64,000 nucleotides of DNA from an uncultured Patescibacteria group bacterium (GCA_937921305.1 CAKZSU010000005.1:10740-74739), one strand, 5' to 3'; counted from the first letter of the stretch, positions 9,646-19,868 are shown. Numbers and translations are program-made. Notes: generated by a model from the sequence alone, not told the origin.

Positions 9646-10704
9646 ATGATCTTTCTTCTTGTTCTTGCATTTTTTGGTCTTTTGTTGAGTTTTTATCTTC
9701 TCGCGGTGATTTGCGATGAGTTTTTTGTTCCATCTCTTGATAGAATTTCTGGAAAGTTAAAATTGAATTCCGATGTCGCTGGGGCGACACTCATGGCGGT
9801 AGGATCGAGCGCGCCTGAATTTTTTACCTCTCTTTTTGCCGTGTTTCGTTCTGGCGGAATTGAGGATGTTGGAGTCGGGACGATTGTCGGGTCGGCGATT
9901 TTTAATATTCTTGTAATTATTGGCGCGTCTGCGTTATTTAAATCGGTAAAATTGACATGGCAACCCGTGCTTCGGGATACACTTTTTTATGTCTTGACGA
10001 TCATATTGCTTCTCTTTGTTTTTTGGGACGGAAAAGTTGTGATGTTTGAATCTCTTCTCTTTGTCTTCACTTATGGCGTATATATTGTCACGGTTTTATA
10101 TTGGAAAAAACTCTTTCCATATCGCGATGTTGATCCTATTGATTTGTTAGAGAAAGGGGAAAAAAGAAATGCGGTTGCAAAAATGTCGAGACGTCTGTTG
10201 TGTTGCGTGATTCCCGATGTTAAAATGTATAAACGATTGTATTTTCTCACATTTGTGATCTCCATTGGATGGATTGCTGGATTAAGTTATGCGCTTGTGG
10301 AGTCTGTGGTTATCATTGCTGATTTTTTTCATGTTAATCCAACATTTTTAGCGTTAACAGTGCTTGCAGCCGGCACATCGATTCCTGATCTCTTGTCGTC
10401 AGTCATCGTTGCGAAGGAGGGCAGAGGAGGTATGGCGGTGAGCAATGCGGTTGGATCAAATATTTTTGATATTTTATTCGGTCTTGGAGTTCCATGGCTT
10501 ATCATGTTGACCTTTCATAGTCAATCATTTGTTCCTGTTGGGACAGAGAATCTATTGGGGAGCGTATTTTTGTTGTTTGCTACCGTTGTGGCAATCTTAT
10601 TTTTATTGATTGTAAGAAACTGGAGAATCGGGCAGAGATCGGGACTTGTATTGATTGGGTTATATCTTCTGTTTATTATCTACACATTTTTTTATGTGGC
10701 GTAA
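9646..10704 (+). CDS. Calcium/sodium antiporter (CaCA family)
   Basis: Alpha repeats GATLMAVGSSAPE and AAGTSIPD, GSAIFNI and GSNIFDI. Confidence 0.95.
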   Translation: MIFLLVLAFFGLLLSFYLLAVICDEFFVPSLDRISGKLKLNSDVAGATLMAVGSSAPEFFTSLFAVFRSGGIEDVGVGTIVGSAIFNILVIIGASALFKSVKLTWQPVLRDTLFYVLTIILLLFVFWDGKVVMFESLLFVFTYGVYIVTVLYWKKLFPYRDVDPIDLLEKGEKRNAVAKMSRRLLCCVIPDVKMYKRLYFLTFVISIGWIAGLSYALVESVVIIADFFHVNPTFLALTVLAAGTSIPDLLSSVIVAKEGRGGMAVSNAVGSNIFDILFGLGVPWLIMLTFHSQSFVPVGTENLLGSVFLLFATVVAILFLLIVRNWRIGQRSGLVLIGLYLLFIIYTFFYVA

Positions 10705-10707
10705 CTT

Positions 10708-10781
10708 TGGCAGGGACGTCAGGATTCGAACCTGAAAAAGCAGTTTTGGAGACTGCCGTGATACCATTTCACCACGTCCCT
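10708..10781 (-). tRNA. tRNA-Trp(CCA), 3' CCA encoded
   Basis: Cloverleaf; anticodon arm GCAGT-CTCCAAA-ACTGC; GGTTCGAATCC T arm. Confidence 0.96.
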
Positions 10782-11010
10782 AAAGATTATCGTTGTTATT
10801 ATTGTACCACAGGATGAATGTATTCTGACATGCAGAATGTGTAGTGTTTCTTTTTAATTCTTCTTCAGTCAATGTCATTCTCATTTTGAATTTCTAGAAA
10901 TATATCAGTCGGCGTTAGATGCAGTAGGATCACTCGTTCATCATGATGCGCTGGATGAATTCAATTATGACAAGAGGAATAAGATAGCGAGTATTAAGAA
11001 GAGATTTCGT

Positions 11011-11505
11011 TTATTTAATTTGAATACTCATAAGAACTTCATCAAACGATTCGATGGTTCCGGATATGTAGAGATATTTTTTTGATGATGGATGCTGAAA
11101 GACAAGAGTTTTTCTTTGATTTTCTTGTTGTTCCGCATAGAGTTGAGCTGAAACTGTTCCAATTTGTTTCTTTTCCGTAGCGTTCATATTCTTATTAACA
11201 GGAGGCGTGTTTTGACAAAGAATAATAAGAAATTCATTCTCATTGTTTGTATTGACGAGCGTTATTCCGCCTGTTCCTATGTCTATGGATTGAAAGATAG
11301 CTGGATGCGAAAAGGAAATGTCGCATGTTTCTTTTGTGACCCATTGCGTTTGTTTTTGCGGTGTCAGCGCTGGCGTGATTTGCGATGCGGTTTGTGTTGG
11401 TTCTGTTGTCGTTTGTGGAGATACATATCTTGTAATATTTATCCCCGCGACAATCGCGGCAAAGACTGCCAGAAAAAGGATAAAGAAGAATGTATTTCTA
11501 TGCAT
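11011..11505 (-). CDS. Membrane-anchored hypothetical protein
   Basis: N-terminal TM, Thr/Pro linker, globular C-domain; TGcTAGAAT 6 nt upstream of ATG. Confidence 0.75.
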   Translation of the reverse strand: MHRNTFFFILFLAVFAAIVAGINITRYVSPQTTTEPTQTASQITPALTPQKQTQWVTKETCDISFSHPAIFQSIDIGTGGITLVNTNNENEFLIILCQNTPPVNKNMNATEKKQIGTVSAQLYAEQQENQRKTLVFQHPSSKKYLYISGTIESFDEVLMSIQIK

Positions 11506-11530
11506 ACTACCATTCTAGCATAGAAAATTT

Positions 11531-11704
11531 TTAATGAAGTCTTGCCATTTCTTTGTGTTCTGTGTGTTTTTTGCACTGTGGACAATGTTTTGACAATTTT
11601 ATTTTATCAGGCGTGTTGAGTTTGCTTCGTTCCGTGATATAGTTTTGTCTTTTGCAGGCGCCACATTGCAATCCGACATGAATGCGTTGTTGTTTCTTTG
11701 CCAT
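11531..11704 (-). CDS. rpmG: 50S ribosomal protein L33, Zn-ribbon type (not in ORF track)
   Basis: Manual translation MAKKQQRIHVGLQCGACKRQNYITERSKLNTPDKIKLSKHCPQCKKHTEHKEMARLH. Confidence 0.95.
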   Translation of the reverse strand: MAKKQQRIHVGLQCGACKRQNYITERSKLNTPDKIKLSKHCPQCKKHTEHKEMARLH

Positions 11705-11713
11705 AGAATCTTA

Positions 11714-12718
11714 TTATAGCTCAAGAAGTTTGTGTTCGACAAGTGTTTCTGCAACGCGTTGAGCAAACAGCGATCTTCCTTTCTCTGATGGGTGAATGTG
11801 ATCATGTGGGTTGATATACAGTGGATTGCCGTTGCCATCAGACTGAAGACTGGGATGATATGCATTCGCGAGAGGAAGTTGTTGGCTTCTCGCGAATCGA
11901 ATCGTTGATTCTAAATACTGTTTGATGGTGTTTATGCGTCTTTGCTTGTCTTCTAAAGAAAATGATAATCCTGCGCCGTCTCCAAATATTTTTGCGTTCG
12001 GCGCGACTGTAGCCGCGATGACGATTCGCGCCTGAGGAATATTCTGTCGTATAGTATCAACCGCGTTTGCTAAGGCGAGCCAATGTTTATCTATCGCGCC
12101 TTCGTCAAAGGAGTAGGGATTGTACGCAAATGATTCGATAACGACAATATTAGGGTGTTGCGATGCAAGAGATGGGATCGATCTACCAAGATACTCGTAT
12201 TGGTTTGTGATCCGTTGAATCCCATAGTCAATATTGGTCGCGCCAACACCATAATTAAGAATATTTACAGTTAGGTTGGGATAGTATGTTTGTATCGCTT
12301 GTTTCATCTCTGGCATGTCTTGTCCTAGTGTGTCGATCATTGAATCTCCAAGAAATGCTATTTTTACTGGATTTTTCCATAATCTTTGTGTTGATGTGTT
12401 TGATGGGGTGGGTATTGGTGTTGGTGTTGGCGACGGTGATGGCTGTCGCGTAGGTGTGAGGGATATAAGGGGCGTCGGAGAAATTAGTAAGGGTATTGTT
12501 GGCGCGGGAGAAGCGATGACCGTTGAGATTGGTTTCGTATCGACAGCATCCTTTTTGTCTTCCATGGTGATTTCCGTGCCTAACACAGAAGAAGAGGATT
12601 GTTTAACGATTTGAGCGAACGATTTTATTGGTTTTTCTGTATCCGCGAGCGGAGATATGATAACTTCTGTTGCATAGGTAATGATTCCAAAAAGTTCGAG
12701 CAGGCTTCGAATAGTCAT
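11714..12718 (-). CDS. SGNH/GDSL hydrolase with Pro/Thr linker
   Basis: FLGDS, NYGVG, DHIHP motifs. Confidence 0.88.
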   Translation of the reverse strand: MTIRSLLELFGIITYATEVIISPLADTEKPIKSFAQIVKQSSSSVLGTEITMEDKKDAVDTKPISTVIASPAPTIPLLISPTPLISLTPTRQPSPSPTPTPIPTPSNTSTQRLWKNPVKIAFLGDSMIDTLGQDMPEMKQAIQTYYPNLTVNILNYGVGATNIDYGIQRITNQYEYLGRSIPSLASQHPNIVVIESFAYNPYSFDEGAIDKHWLALANAVDTIRQNIPQARIVIAATVAPNAKIFGDGAGLSFSLEDKQRRINTIKQYLESTIRFARSQQLPLANAYHPSLQSDGNGNPLYINPHDHIHPSEKGRSLFAQRVAETLVEHKLLEL

Positions 12719-12748
12719 AATAAAGCGTTAAATGTGATACATATAAAG

Positions 12749-12820
12749 AGCCTGGAGTGGGAATCGAACCCACAGTCAACTCCTTACCATGGAGCCGTTT
12801 TACCACTAAACTATCCAGGC
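12749..12820 (-). tRNA. tRNA-Thr(GGT)
   Basis: GCCTGGA/TCCAGGC acceptor stem; anticodon loop ATGGTAA; GGTTCGATTCC. Confidence 0.95.
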
Positions 12821-12883
12821 ACTAATAGTTCTCATTCTAACAAAAATATTACATGGAACAAAGAGATAATTTTGAATTCTTTT

Positions 12884-13423
12884 TTACGGAAGAAGGAATG
12901 TTCTGCTGCAGGAAACATTGTTTCCGAGATCATCCACAATATCTGCTGTTACTTTTGTTGGAATATTTGGCGTTAATTTCACTCCCTTTGTCGTGCATCG
13001 GAAGGTTACACCTTTTCTTGTCGGAGATTCTATTAATTCTGGAGTAATTTTTTCCGTGACAAGAATATTATCATCTACGGACGCTTTGATTGTACATTTA
13101 ACCCGATTTACCGTTGATGGCGCTTCTCCTTCTGTTGATAAATAATAAACTCCTGGTATTCCTATCACAGTGTTATAATATTGTTGCGAGCAGGCGAGCG
13201 TGATAATTTCCTTTTCTTTCGCTATTTCATTCGTATTCATTTGTTCTATATTTGATTGCTTCGATGTTGCTTGTTGTTGAGTCATGGGTTTTGCGATTTG
13301 ATTCGGTCTATTATAAAGGAGAAATCCAACAATAATAACCACGGTAACAATCACGCCACCTAACACATAGAAAATAATCGTATTGTCATGTTTGTGATGT
13401 TTCTGTTCGTGGGTACTTTCCAT
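12884..13423 (-). CDS. Membrane-anchored hypothetical protein
   Basis: Single N-terminal TM; extracellular domain with four Cys. Confidence 0.75.
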   Translation of the reverse strand: MESTHEQKHHKHDNTIIFYVLGGVIVTVVIIVGFLLYNRPNQIAKPMTQQQATSKQSNIEQMNTNEIAKEKEIITLACSQQYYNTVIGIPGVYYLSTEGEAPSTVNRVKCTIKASVDDNILVTEKITPELIESPTRKGVTFRCTTKGVKLTPNIPTKVTADIVDDLGNNVSCSRTFLLP

Positions 13424-13482
13424 ATTATATCAATTACTATAGAGAGAAAGAATTTTAATTGTCAAGAAGGTGAAAGTTTTTG

Positions 13483-13567
13483 TGCTGGGACCAGGATTCG
13501 AACCTGGGCAGCCCTTTCGGGCGACAGATTTACAGTCTGTTGCGATTGACCACTCCGCCACCCCAGC
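13483..13567 (-). tRNA. tRNA-Tyr(GTA)
   Basis: ACAGA-CTGTAAA-TCTGT anticodon arm; long variable arm GCCC-GAAA-GGGC. Confidence 0.96.
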
Positions 13568-13695
13568 GAAAATATGTATTTTATACTATGATTATACTGT
13601 ACTTTATGAATGTATGCATACTGGTATTTTTCCATATATGAATTAATAATTTTGAAAAAATAAAAAGGGGATAATAAAAAGAAAATATTTTTATT

Positions 13696-14013
13696 ATGAC
13701 AAGAAAAAATAGATTAAAAGCAAAAGTGTTGCCATTTGCTAAGCATATGGCGGCAATTGGAGATGTGACGCGTCTCTCGATCCTTTACATTCTTGCTCAT
13801 AAGCCATGCGATGTGCGGGAAATTGTCGATATTACAGGTGTTCATCCTGCGTTATTGTCGCATCACCTGAAGGTTTTAAAGGAATTTAGATGGGTGTCGT
13901 CTGTTCGCTTTGGAAAGCGGGTGGAGTACAGTATTGAGCCGAAAGCGTTTTTTGTGTTAAAGAATCTTTTTAAGGGGACAATTGTCGAGCGAGAGGTGTT
14001 TTCTTCATCGTAA
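13696..14013 (+). CDS. ArsR/SmtB family transcriptional regulator
   Basis: D.TRL.IL, LSHHLKVL, wHTH pattern. Confidence 0.88.
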   Translation: MTRKNRLKAKVLPFAKHMAAIGDVTRLSILYILAHKPCDVREIVDITGVHPALLSHHLKVLKEFRWVSSVRFGKRVEYSIEPKAFFVLKNLFKGTIVEREVFSSS

Positions 14014-14020
14014 ATTTTTG

Positions 14021-14092
14021 AGCCAAGACGGGGATTCGAACCCCGGACCTACTGTTTACAAAACAGTTGCTCTACCACTGAGCTATCTTGGC
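14021..14092 (-). tRNA. tRNA-Thr(TGT)
   Basis: ACTGT-TTTGTAA-ACAGT anticodon arm; canonical D and T arms. Confidence 0.96.
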
Positions 14093-14239
14093 GAGCATTA
14101 ACAATGCTCTTCATTGTATCAAATATTTTTTGTTTGAGGCAATATGGATTTAGAAGAAAGGAAGAATCCTTTTCAGAAGTTTTATAAATTTAGAACGAAT
14201 AAAATCTTTTAAGAATCCTTAAAAATAAAAAATAAGATC

Positions 14240-14400
14240 GCCCGGAGAGAGTTGGAGGAATTTTCCCCGATCGCAAAGAACGGAGAGATTGTCTAAATAT
14301 CCACGGATATTTAGAACGTCATCTTGTTTCCCGATTATTTGTCGGAATACCTCATTACGGATGTATTGTGGAGGAAAATAATCTCCAACTTCACACGGGC
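14240..14400 (-). ncRNA. Candidate structured ncRNA (6S-like or novel)
   Basis: 5' GCCCG..AGTTGGAG..TTTTCC pairs with 3' GGAAAA..CTCCAACT..CGGGC; three internal hairpins; U-rich tail; promoter immediately upstream. Confidence 0.6.
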
Positions 14401-14406
14401 ATTATT

Positions 14407-14434
14407 AGTATAGTAAAAGTGTGAAAAAAATCAA
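14407..14434 (-). promoter_or_regulatory. Sigma70-like promoter of the candidate ncRNA
   Basis: TTGATT-N16-TATACT, ending 6 nt before the first helix base. Confidence 0.6.
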
Positions 14435-14495
14435 TAGCTTAACGATTTTTTCTTATCCTAAATTTTTTAGATTGTTATGTTCGGTATTTTCACTG

Positions 14496-14591
14496 TGTCA
14501 TCCTGAATGTGGCTCAAGATCTGGAGAGAAACGAGAATAGCAATGCCTTTATCAAATCGTTTCTAGATGCTGAAACGAGTGCAGCATGACA
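14496..14591. repeat. Palindromic REP/RPE-like element
   Basis: TGTCATCCTGAATGTGGCTCAAGATCT ... AGATGCTGAAACGAGTGCAGCATGACA; related copies elsewhere in the window. Confidence 0.7.
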
Positions 14592-14656
14592 ATGAAAAGA
14601 AGTATGTAGGATGAAAAACTATCCGCTTCATGTACTCCCTTCGATGAACAATTGCG

Positions 14657-15310
14657 TCACACGACAGGCGCTTGAGGGATGAGAATTCCAAGAAGGAATC
14701 TAATTGGTGGTCCAATGAGTTGCGCGATGGGCGATGCGCCTCCTGCGAGCGGAAGAAGAAGGATGATCAAGAAGATAAACCCATATCGTTCAAGTTCATA
14801 CCATTGCTTCGCGTATTCGCGAGAGAGAAATCCTCCCACAATTTTAAATCCGTCGAGAGGGTGGATAGGGATCAGATTAAAGACGCAGAGTAAAACATTC
14901 ATTGAAATAATTGTGACAAGAAATGCTGAAATGATTGGTATGCCAATAAACGAGACATCTAAACGGAGAAGCAAACGAAGGAGAATGGATGCCGCGATCG
15001 CAAGAAGGATGTTTGAAAGCGGTCCAGCGAGAGAAATAATCGCTGCGTCTTTTCTTGAGTTTCGAAGGTTAAAAGGGTCAAATTCAACAGGTTTTCCCCA
15101 GCCAAAGCGGAATAACAGAAGCATAATCAAACCGATCGGATCGATGTGTGCGATGGGGTTGAGTGTTAGCCGACCTTGCATTCTCGGCGTAGGATCACCC
15201 AATCTATCTGCAGCGACCGCGTGCGCGAATTCATGAATCGTAATTGCTATAATCAACGATATGAGTGAGAAAAAAAAGACAATTGGATTAGTAAAGAGTT
15301 CCTGTATCAC
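14657..15310 (-). CDS. Site-2 protease (M50 family)
   Basis: HEFAH, AGPLSN, NLIPIHPLDG. Confidence 0.95.
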   Translation of the reverse strand: MIQELFTNPIVFFFSLISLIIAITIHEFAHAVAADRLGDPTPRMQGRLTLNPIAHIDPIGLIMLLLFRFGWGKPVEFDPFNLRNSRKDAAIISLAGPLSNILLAIAASILLRLLLRLDVSFIGIPIISAFLVTIISMNVLLCVFNLIPIHPLDGFKIVGGFLSREYAKQWYELERYGFIFLIILLLPLAGGASPIAQLIGPPIRFLLGILIPQAPVV

Positions 15311-15400
15311 AGATGTAATTGAAAATACTATTTATTCTATGATAGAGTATACAAGATTTGATAGCATTTTAGAAGGTTTTGCTATATAATAAGAATCTCT

Positions 15401-15649
15401 ATGTCATATCGTTGCGAACTCTGCGATAAGAAAACCCACATAGGAAGAACTAGTCGCCATCATCCAGGCGTAGCTGGGAAACAATGGAAGCGAAGAGCGC
15501 AGAAAACTATACGAACATTTAAGCCAAATCTTCATGTTGTCACCATGCAGATAGAAGGAGTTTTTCGTCGCGTAAAGGCGTGTACAAAATGTATTAAGCG
15601 AGTTAAATTTGAATCAAAGAAGTCTTCTCTTGGCGCGACAAGTAGTTAA
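15401..15649 (+). CDS. rpmB: 50S ribosomal protein L28
   Basis: CELC...KTIRTFKPNL...CTKC. Confidence 0.93.
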   Translation: MSYRCELCDKKTHIGRTSRHHPGVAGKQWKRRAQKTIRTFKPNLHVVTMQIEGVFRRVKACTKCIKRVKFESKKSSLGATSS

Positions 15650-15813
15650 TTCTAAGTATTAAATATTAGAGTTATAATTATTTTATTGATTTATCAATTT
15701 TTGTGCTTCGTGTTTAATATTTTACTTCTATCTTTAAGGGATTAAAGGGGGTATATATAATGAAAGAATTTTATTTCATTCAACTTTTCCTATGATAAAA
15801 AGTTTTTCAATTT

Positions 15814-16119
15814 TTATTCAAAGATCATGTCAACGGGTTTTTCAACATCATTTCTTGGACATGTAAGAATTGGACATTTTCTCCTCCGTGAATCAATTTG
15901 CTTGTATTCAACTTTCCATCCCTGAGGACAATCTTCTGGATTTCTTAGCTGTACTCGTGGACAAACAAAACCAGCTTGAACGCCAAGACTTGTCGCGCTT
16001 TCTTTTAGTGTTATTGCCATTATGGTAACCAGTAGTAATGAAAGAACAATAAAGATAATAAAATTCCATGATTGAAAATCGAATAATTTTGGTTGAAGTT
16101 GCATAGTTTTTTTTGCCAT
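15814..16119 (-). CDS. Small membrane-anchored hypothetical protein
   Basis: TM helix plus four-Cys domain; TAGAAT 5 nt upstream of ATG. Confidence 0.65.
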   Translation of the reverse strand: MAKKTMQLQPKLFDFQSWNFIIFIVLSLLLVTIMAITLKESATSLGVQAGFVCPRVQLRNPEDCPQGWKVEYKQIDSRRRKCPILTCPRNDVEKPVDMIFE

Positions 16120-16155
16120 ATGTAATTCTACATTAGAATGTTTTGCCTTTTCTTG

Positions 16156-17079
16156 TCAAGAGATCAATTTTGCATAGAAAGCTATTTGTTTTGCTGGTTG
16201 AGGATTCCTTCCTTCTTGTTGTATTACATCGAGAATGAGCTTTTTTTCTGATATATGACTTTTAAGAAGTTTTATGCGTTTTCTGTTTGGAAGGATCGAC
16301 CATACCCCGGGCCATGGATGGTAGGCACGAATAGCTCGTTCGGTTCGTTCTGCGTCTATTCCTCCTTCTCGTATGGCTTGCTGAATTGTTTCCCATGGAA
16401 TATATCCGTCTTCTTTTGTGATTCTTCGAGCGAATGTTGTGCGTGATTCTTCTTGCGGTTCACCGTTGATATCTCCTCGAAGATATGCTGGCAAAATATT
16501 GACGAGAAGATCTGCTCCCATGCTGAATAACATCCTTCGAAGCGATTCGCGTTCTTCGTTGCCCATAAGCGGAATTGATTGTTGCGTGATGATTTTGCCT
16601 TCATCCATGCGATCAGTCAGTGTAACGATAGTGACTCCTGTTTCTGTATCTCCAGCAAGAATTTGCCATGGGATGGGATCTGCGCCGCGCCACCGGGGAA
16701 GAAGTGAAGGGTGTATATTGAGTCCGCCATATGTTGCGTTTTGAATCGTGCTTGATGGAATTTTTTGTCCATACGAAGCGCTGATAAGAAGATCCGCGTG
16801 ATATGAGGCAAGCGTATGGATGACGAATGATTCATCGGCGTAGAGGATTGAACCCTGTCCGGCGCTGAGAAAGGAAAGAACAGGGATGTTATGTTCTCGA
16901 GCCCAGAGTTCTGATGGGGTGGGTGTTATGATGTGTTTTCTGCCAACAGGTTTTGGCGGTTGTGTAACAACGGCAGCGATGTGGATGCGAAGGTCATTAC
17001 ATGTTTGAAGAAACAATCGTTGAAGAACAAGAAGAGAGTCTTCTGTTGAACCAAAAAAGAGAATCGATACCGTTTTCAT
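16156..17079 (-). CDS. fmt: Methionyl-tRNA formyltransferase
   Basis: VVTQPPKPVGR, NIHPSLLPRWRGADPI, MDEG. Confidence 0.97.
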   Translation of the reverse strand: MKTVSILFFGSTEDSLLVLQRLFLQTCNDLRIHIAAVVTQPPKPVGRKHIITPTPSELWAREHNIPVLSFLSAGQGSILYADESFVIHTLASYHADLLISASYGQKIPSSTIQNATYGGLNIHPSLLPRWRGADPIPWQILAGDTETGVTIVTLTDRMDEGKIITQQSIPLMGNEERESLRRMLFSMGADLLVNILPAYLRGDINGEPQEESRTTFARRITKEDGYIPWETIQQAIREGGIDAERTERAIRAYHPWPGVWSILPNRKRIKLLKSHISEKKLILDVIQQEGRNPQPAKQIAFYAKLIS

Positions 17080-17084
17080 GCTCG

Positions 17085-17633
17085 TTACAGTTCTATTTCT
17101 TCAAGATATTCTTTTCCGTTCTTATCTATTTTTGTTCGATAAAGCTTTTCTTGTTGTTCCATAGCTCGTTGAGTAAACAGAATGCCATTGACATGATCTG
17201 TTTCGTGTTGAACAATAGTGGCTAAAAATCCTTCAATCAATTCTTCGTGCGTTTTTTCTTCTATATCTTGGTATCGAAGAACAACAGCGTTTGCTCGCGT
17301 GACATGTCCCCAGATGTTTGGAATAGATAAACATCCTTCAAGTTGTTTTTCTCGTTGGATGAGTTGTCTTTCATCATTATTGTCATTGCTCATGCTGATG
17401 ATTTCTGGATTGATAAAAACCCGTATTTTATCTTTTGGAGAAGGCTTGGTAATGAATACGCGATATGGTTCGCCAATTTGCGGAGCTGCGAGACCAACGC
17501 CTTTGGGTTTTCTTGTTGCTTTTAATGTTTCTTCCATGTCTTTGACAAGACGAAGCAATCGTTTGTCAAACCATGTGACAGTTTTTGCCGGAGTTGTGAG
17601 AATAGGGTTCGGCGTATGAACGATGGGTTTCAT
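17085..17633 (-). CDS. def: Peptide deformylase
   Basis: GVGLAAPQIG, EGCLS, QHETDH. Confidence 0.98.
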   Translation of the reverse strand: MKPIVHTPNPILTTPAKTVTWFDKRLLRLVKDMEETLKATRKPKGVGLAAPQIGEPYRVFITKPSPKDKIRVFINPEIISMSNDNNDERQLIQREKQLEGCLSIPNIWGHVTRANAVVLRYQDIEEKTHEELIEGFLATIVQHETDHVNGILFTQRAMEQQEKLYRTKIDKNGKEYLEEIEL

Positions 17634-19741
17634 TTGGCAAGTAGCGATTGGAATTCTTGATCGTTTGGATCAACCGTCTTGAGATATTCTTCAAGAACGG
17701 TTTTTGCAAGTTCCGGTTGTTTTACTTCTTTGTAAAACACATAGAGCGCGTAATATGCGTCTCGATAATTTGGTTTCATAGCGATTGTTTTTCTTAGCGT
17801 TTCTATTGCTTGCGCGTTATTGCCAAGCCTTCCGTCTAAGATTGCTAAATTATATGATATTTTGGGGTCGTTTGGCGAGAGTCGTTGAGCTTTTTCTAAT
17901 GCTTCTTTTGCCATGTGAACAAATTTTTGATCAATGTCGGCAAAGCTAAAATAAATTTTTGTTCTCGTTTTCCAAAAATTGACATTGTTTGGCGACATCG
18001 AGAGGGCAATATCGGACGCCATCAGGCTTTTTTGTGTTAAGTCCACCGCTTGTGTCGCGTTGCCCACGTCAAGGGAAACTACGGCAAGACTTCCGAGCGC
18101 AAGGCTTAACTCGTCATAATAGAGCGGTTCTTTTGGTCGAAGAAGTGTTGCCTGAACAAGATTTGTATATCCTTCTTGAAGTTTTCCAGCCCGTGTGAGT
18201 CTGCTTCCTTTTGCGAAGAAATAATCGCCAACCCACATTGTTCCAATATAGATAAATCCCACAGTTCCTGCGATTGTTCCAATAATTCCCACGATGCTTC
18301 CAATGATAATATTTGGAAGATGGATTGTAAGTGATCGATGGGCTGCTTGCGATGTCGCAATACTTATTGCCGGGAATAAGAAAAGAAAAAGTTCCGTTAT
18401 AACAACAGAAAATCCAAAAAAGTTTGTAATGAGAAGAGATGTCCAACCAATTAGTATCGCGATAGTGATTGTTGAGTCGGTCTCGTGTTGTTTTTCGTGG
18501 TGTATTTTTGCTTTGTGCGTCAACCATCCAAAAATAAGCAGCGCTCCGACTAAGAATATTGTGTACGCGCCTAATCCAAGCGCTCCTGTGGTTGCCAAAT
18601 AATTTAGATATTCATTATGGGCTTTGTTATAGAGAAAATCCCATTCACTTGTGAGGTTGTGTTCTATTGGTTTATGTTGAAAGAATGTAAGCGCGAATGT
18701 TTCTGTTCCTGTTCCGATGAAGAGAGTTTTTTGACTACTTAGCCAGGCGCGAATTGCCGCTTCCCAAACATATCGTCGAATTTTCCCTGAATCCGTTCCG
18801 CCAAATTCTAGAAGCGTTCCGCTTGATTGTTGAGGTTGTGATGATGTCGTCGTAGACTCTTGTTGTTTTGGTTGCAAGCGTTCTTGGATGGCTCGATAGC
18901 TGAAATATCGATCGATTTGATCGATGTGCGATCCATTGAAAAATGTGAATACAATCAGAACTGCGTGAATCGCGAAAAATAGCGCGATTGATCGCGTTGT
19001 CCACATTCGTTTCATGGTTGCAATTGTGAGATAAAGCACGAATGTGAAACCAAACGCAATGATGCCGGATCTTGATCTAGTAAAGAGAAGCGTGATAAAA
19101 AACATGCCGTAGAGGGAAGCGAAGAGATAGGAACGATACGACGCTTCGCGAAGTGCGTACCACAACGCGATTGGCATCATCGCAACGAGATACGCTGCAA
19201 GCCAATTTGGTTGTCCAAGCGTTGAAAATACGCGATTTTGCACATCTTGCACCCAGAGGTGTTTATCAATGCCAAGTCGCTGAAGGATGCCATAAGTTGC
19301 GACGATTGCGCCTGTCGCAAGCATCGTTTGAAGCAACCGATCAACACTTCCTTTCCAATTTGAGACAAACGCGTAATACAACACAATGTATGAAAATATA
19401 GAGAGCATCCCGCCGTTAAATCTGCTGTAGTATCCAAACCATGACACATGAGGGTCCATAGAGAATAAGCTGCTGACAAGTTGAGATAGAGCAAAAAGGA
19501 GAATCGGGATGTCTAGTGGAGTTCGTTTGATGTATACACGCTGTTCAATTCCCATTTTGACAATCCACGCCGACGCGATGATAACGGTGAGCGCGTAGGT
19601 GACAATCATTTTGTTAAATTCAAACAATTCGTAATTCCATGGTGTTAAAATAAGCGGAACGAGAATAAAGAGAAGATAAAAACTTCCGTGAATAATTCTA
19701 TCGCACCATTCAGAAATGTTGCTTTTTATGTGCTTTGACAT
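17630..19741 (-). CDS. O-antigen ligase-like membrane protein with C-terminal TPRs
   Basis: RVFSTLGQPN, TRSRSG, AHNEYL; TPR-like helices. Confidence 0.9.
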   Translation of the reverse strand: MSKHIKSNISEWCDRIIHGSFYLLFILVPLILTPWNYELFEFNKMIVTYALTVIIASAWIVKMGIEQRVYIKRTPLDIPILLFALSQLVSSLFSMDPHVSWFGYYSRFNGGMLSIFSYIVLYYAFVSNWKGSVDRLLQTMLATGAIVATYGILQRLGIDKHLWVQDVQNRVFSTLGQPNWLAAYLVAMMPIALWYALREASYRSYLFASLYGMFFITLLFTRSRSGIIAFGFTFVLYLTIATMKRMWTTRSIALFFAIHAVLIVFTFFNGSHIDQIDRYFSYRAIQERLQPKQQESTTTSSQPQQSSGTLLEFGGTDSGKIRRYVWEAAIRAWLSSQKTLFIGTGTETFALTFFQHKPIEHNLTSEWDFLYNKAHNEYLNYLATTGALGLGAYTIFLVGALLIFGWLTHKAKIHHEKQHETDSTITIAILIGWTSLLITNFFGFSVVITELFLFLFPAISIATSQAAHRSLTIHLPNIIIGSIVGIIGTIAGTVGFIYIGTMWVGDYFFAKGSRLTRAGKLQEGYTNLVQATLLRPKEPLYYDELSLALGSLAVVSLDVGNATQAVDLTQKSLMASDIALSMSPNNVNFWKTRTKIYFSFADIDQKFVHMAKEALEKAQRLSPNDPKISYNLAILDGRLGNNAQAIETLRKTIAMKPNYRDAYYALYVFYKEVKQPELAKTVLEEYLKTVDPNDQEFQSLLAK

Positions 19742-19868
19742 ATTCCTAGTATAAATATACTTCCTTACAAAGGTAAATGGATCAATTTCTCAATTAAAGC
19801 TTTTAGCTTGCAGTATCAGTCTTTGCTCCTTCTTTTATGGAAATTATCTGTGTTAGAATGGTCCTTGC

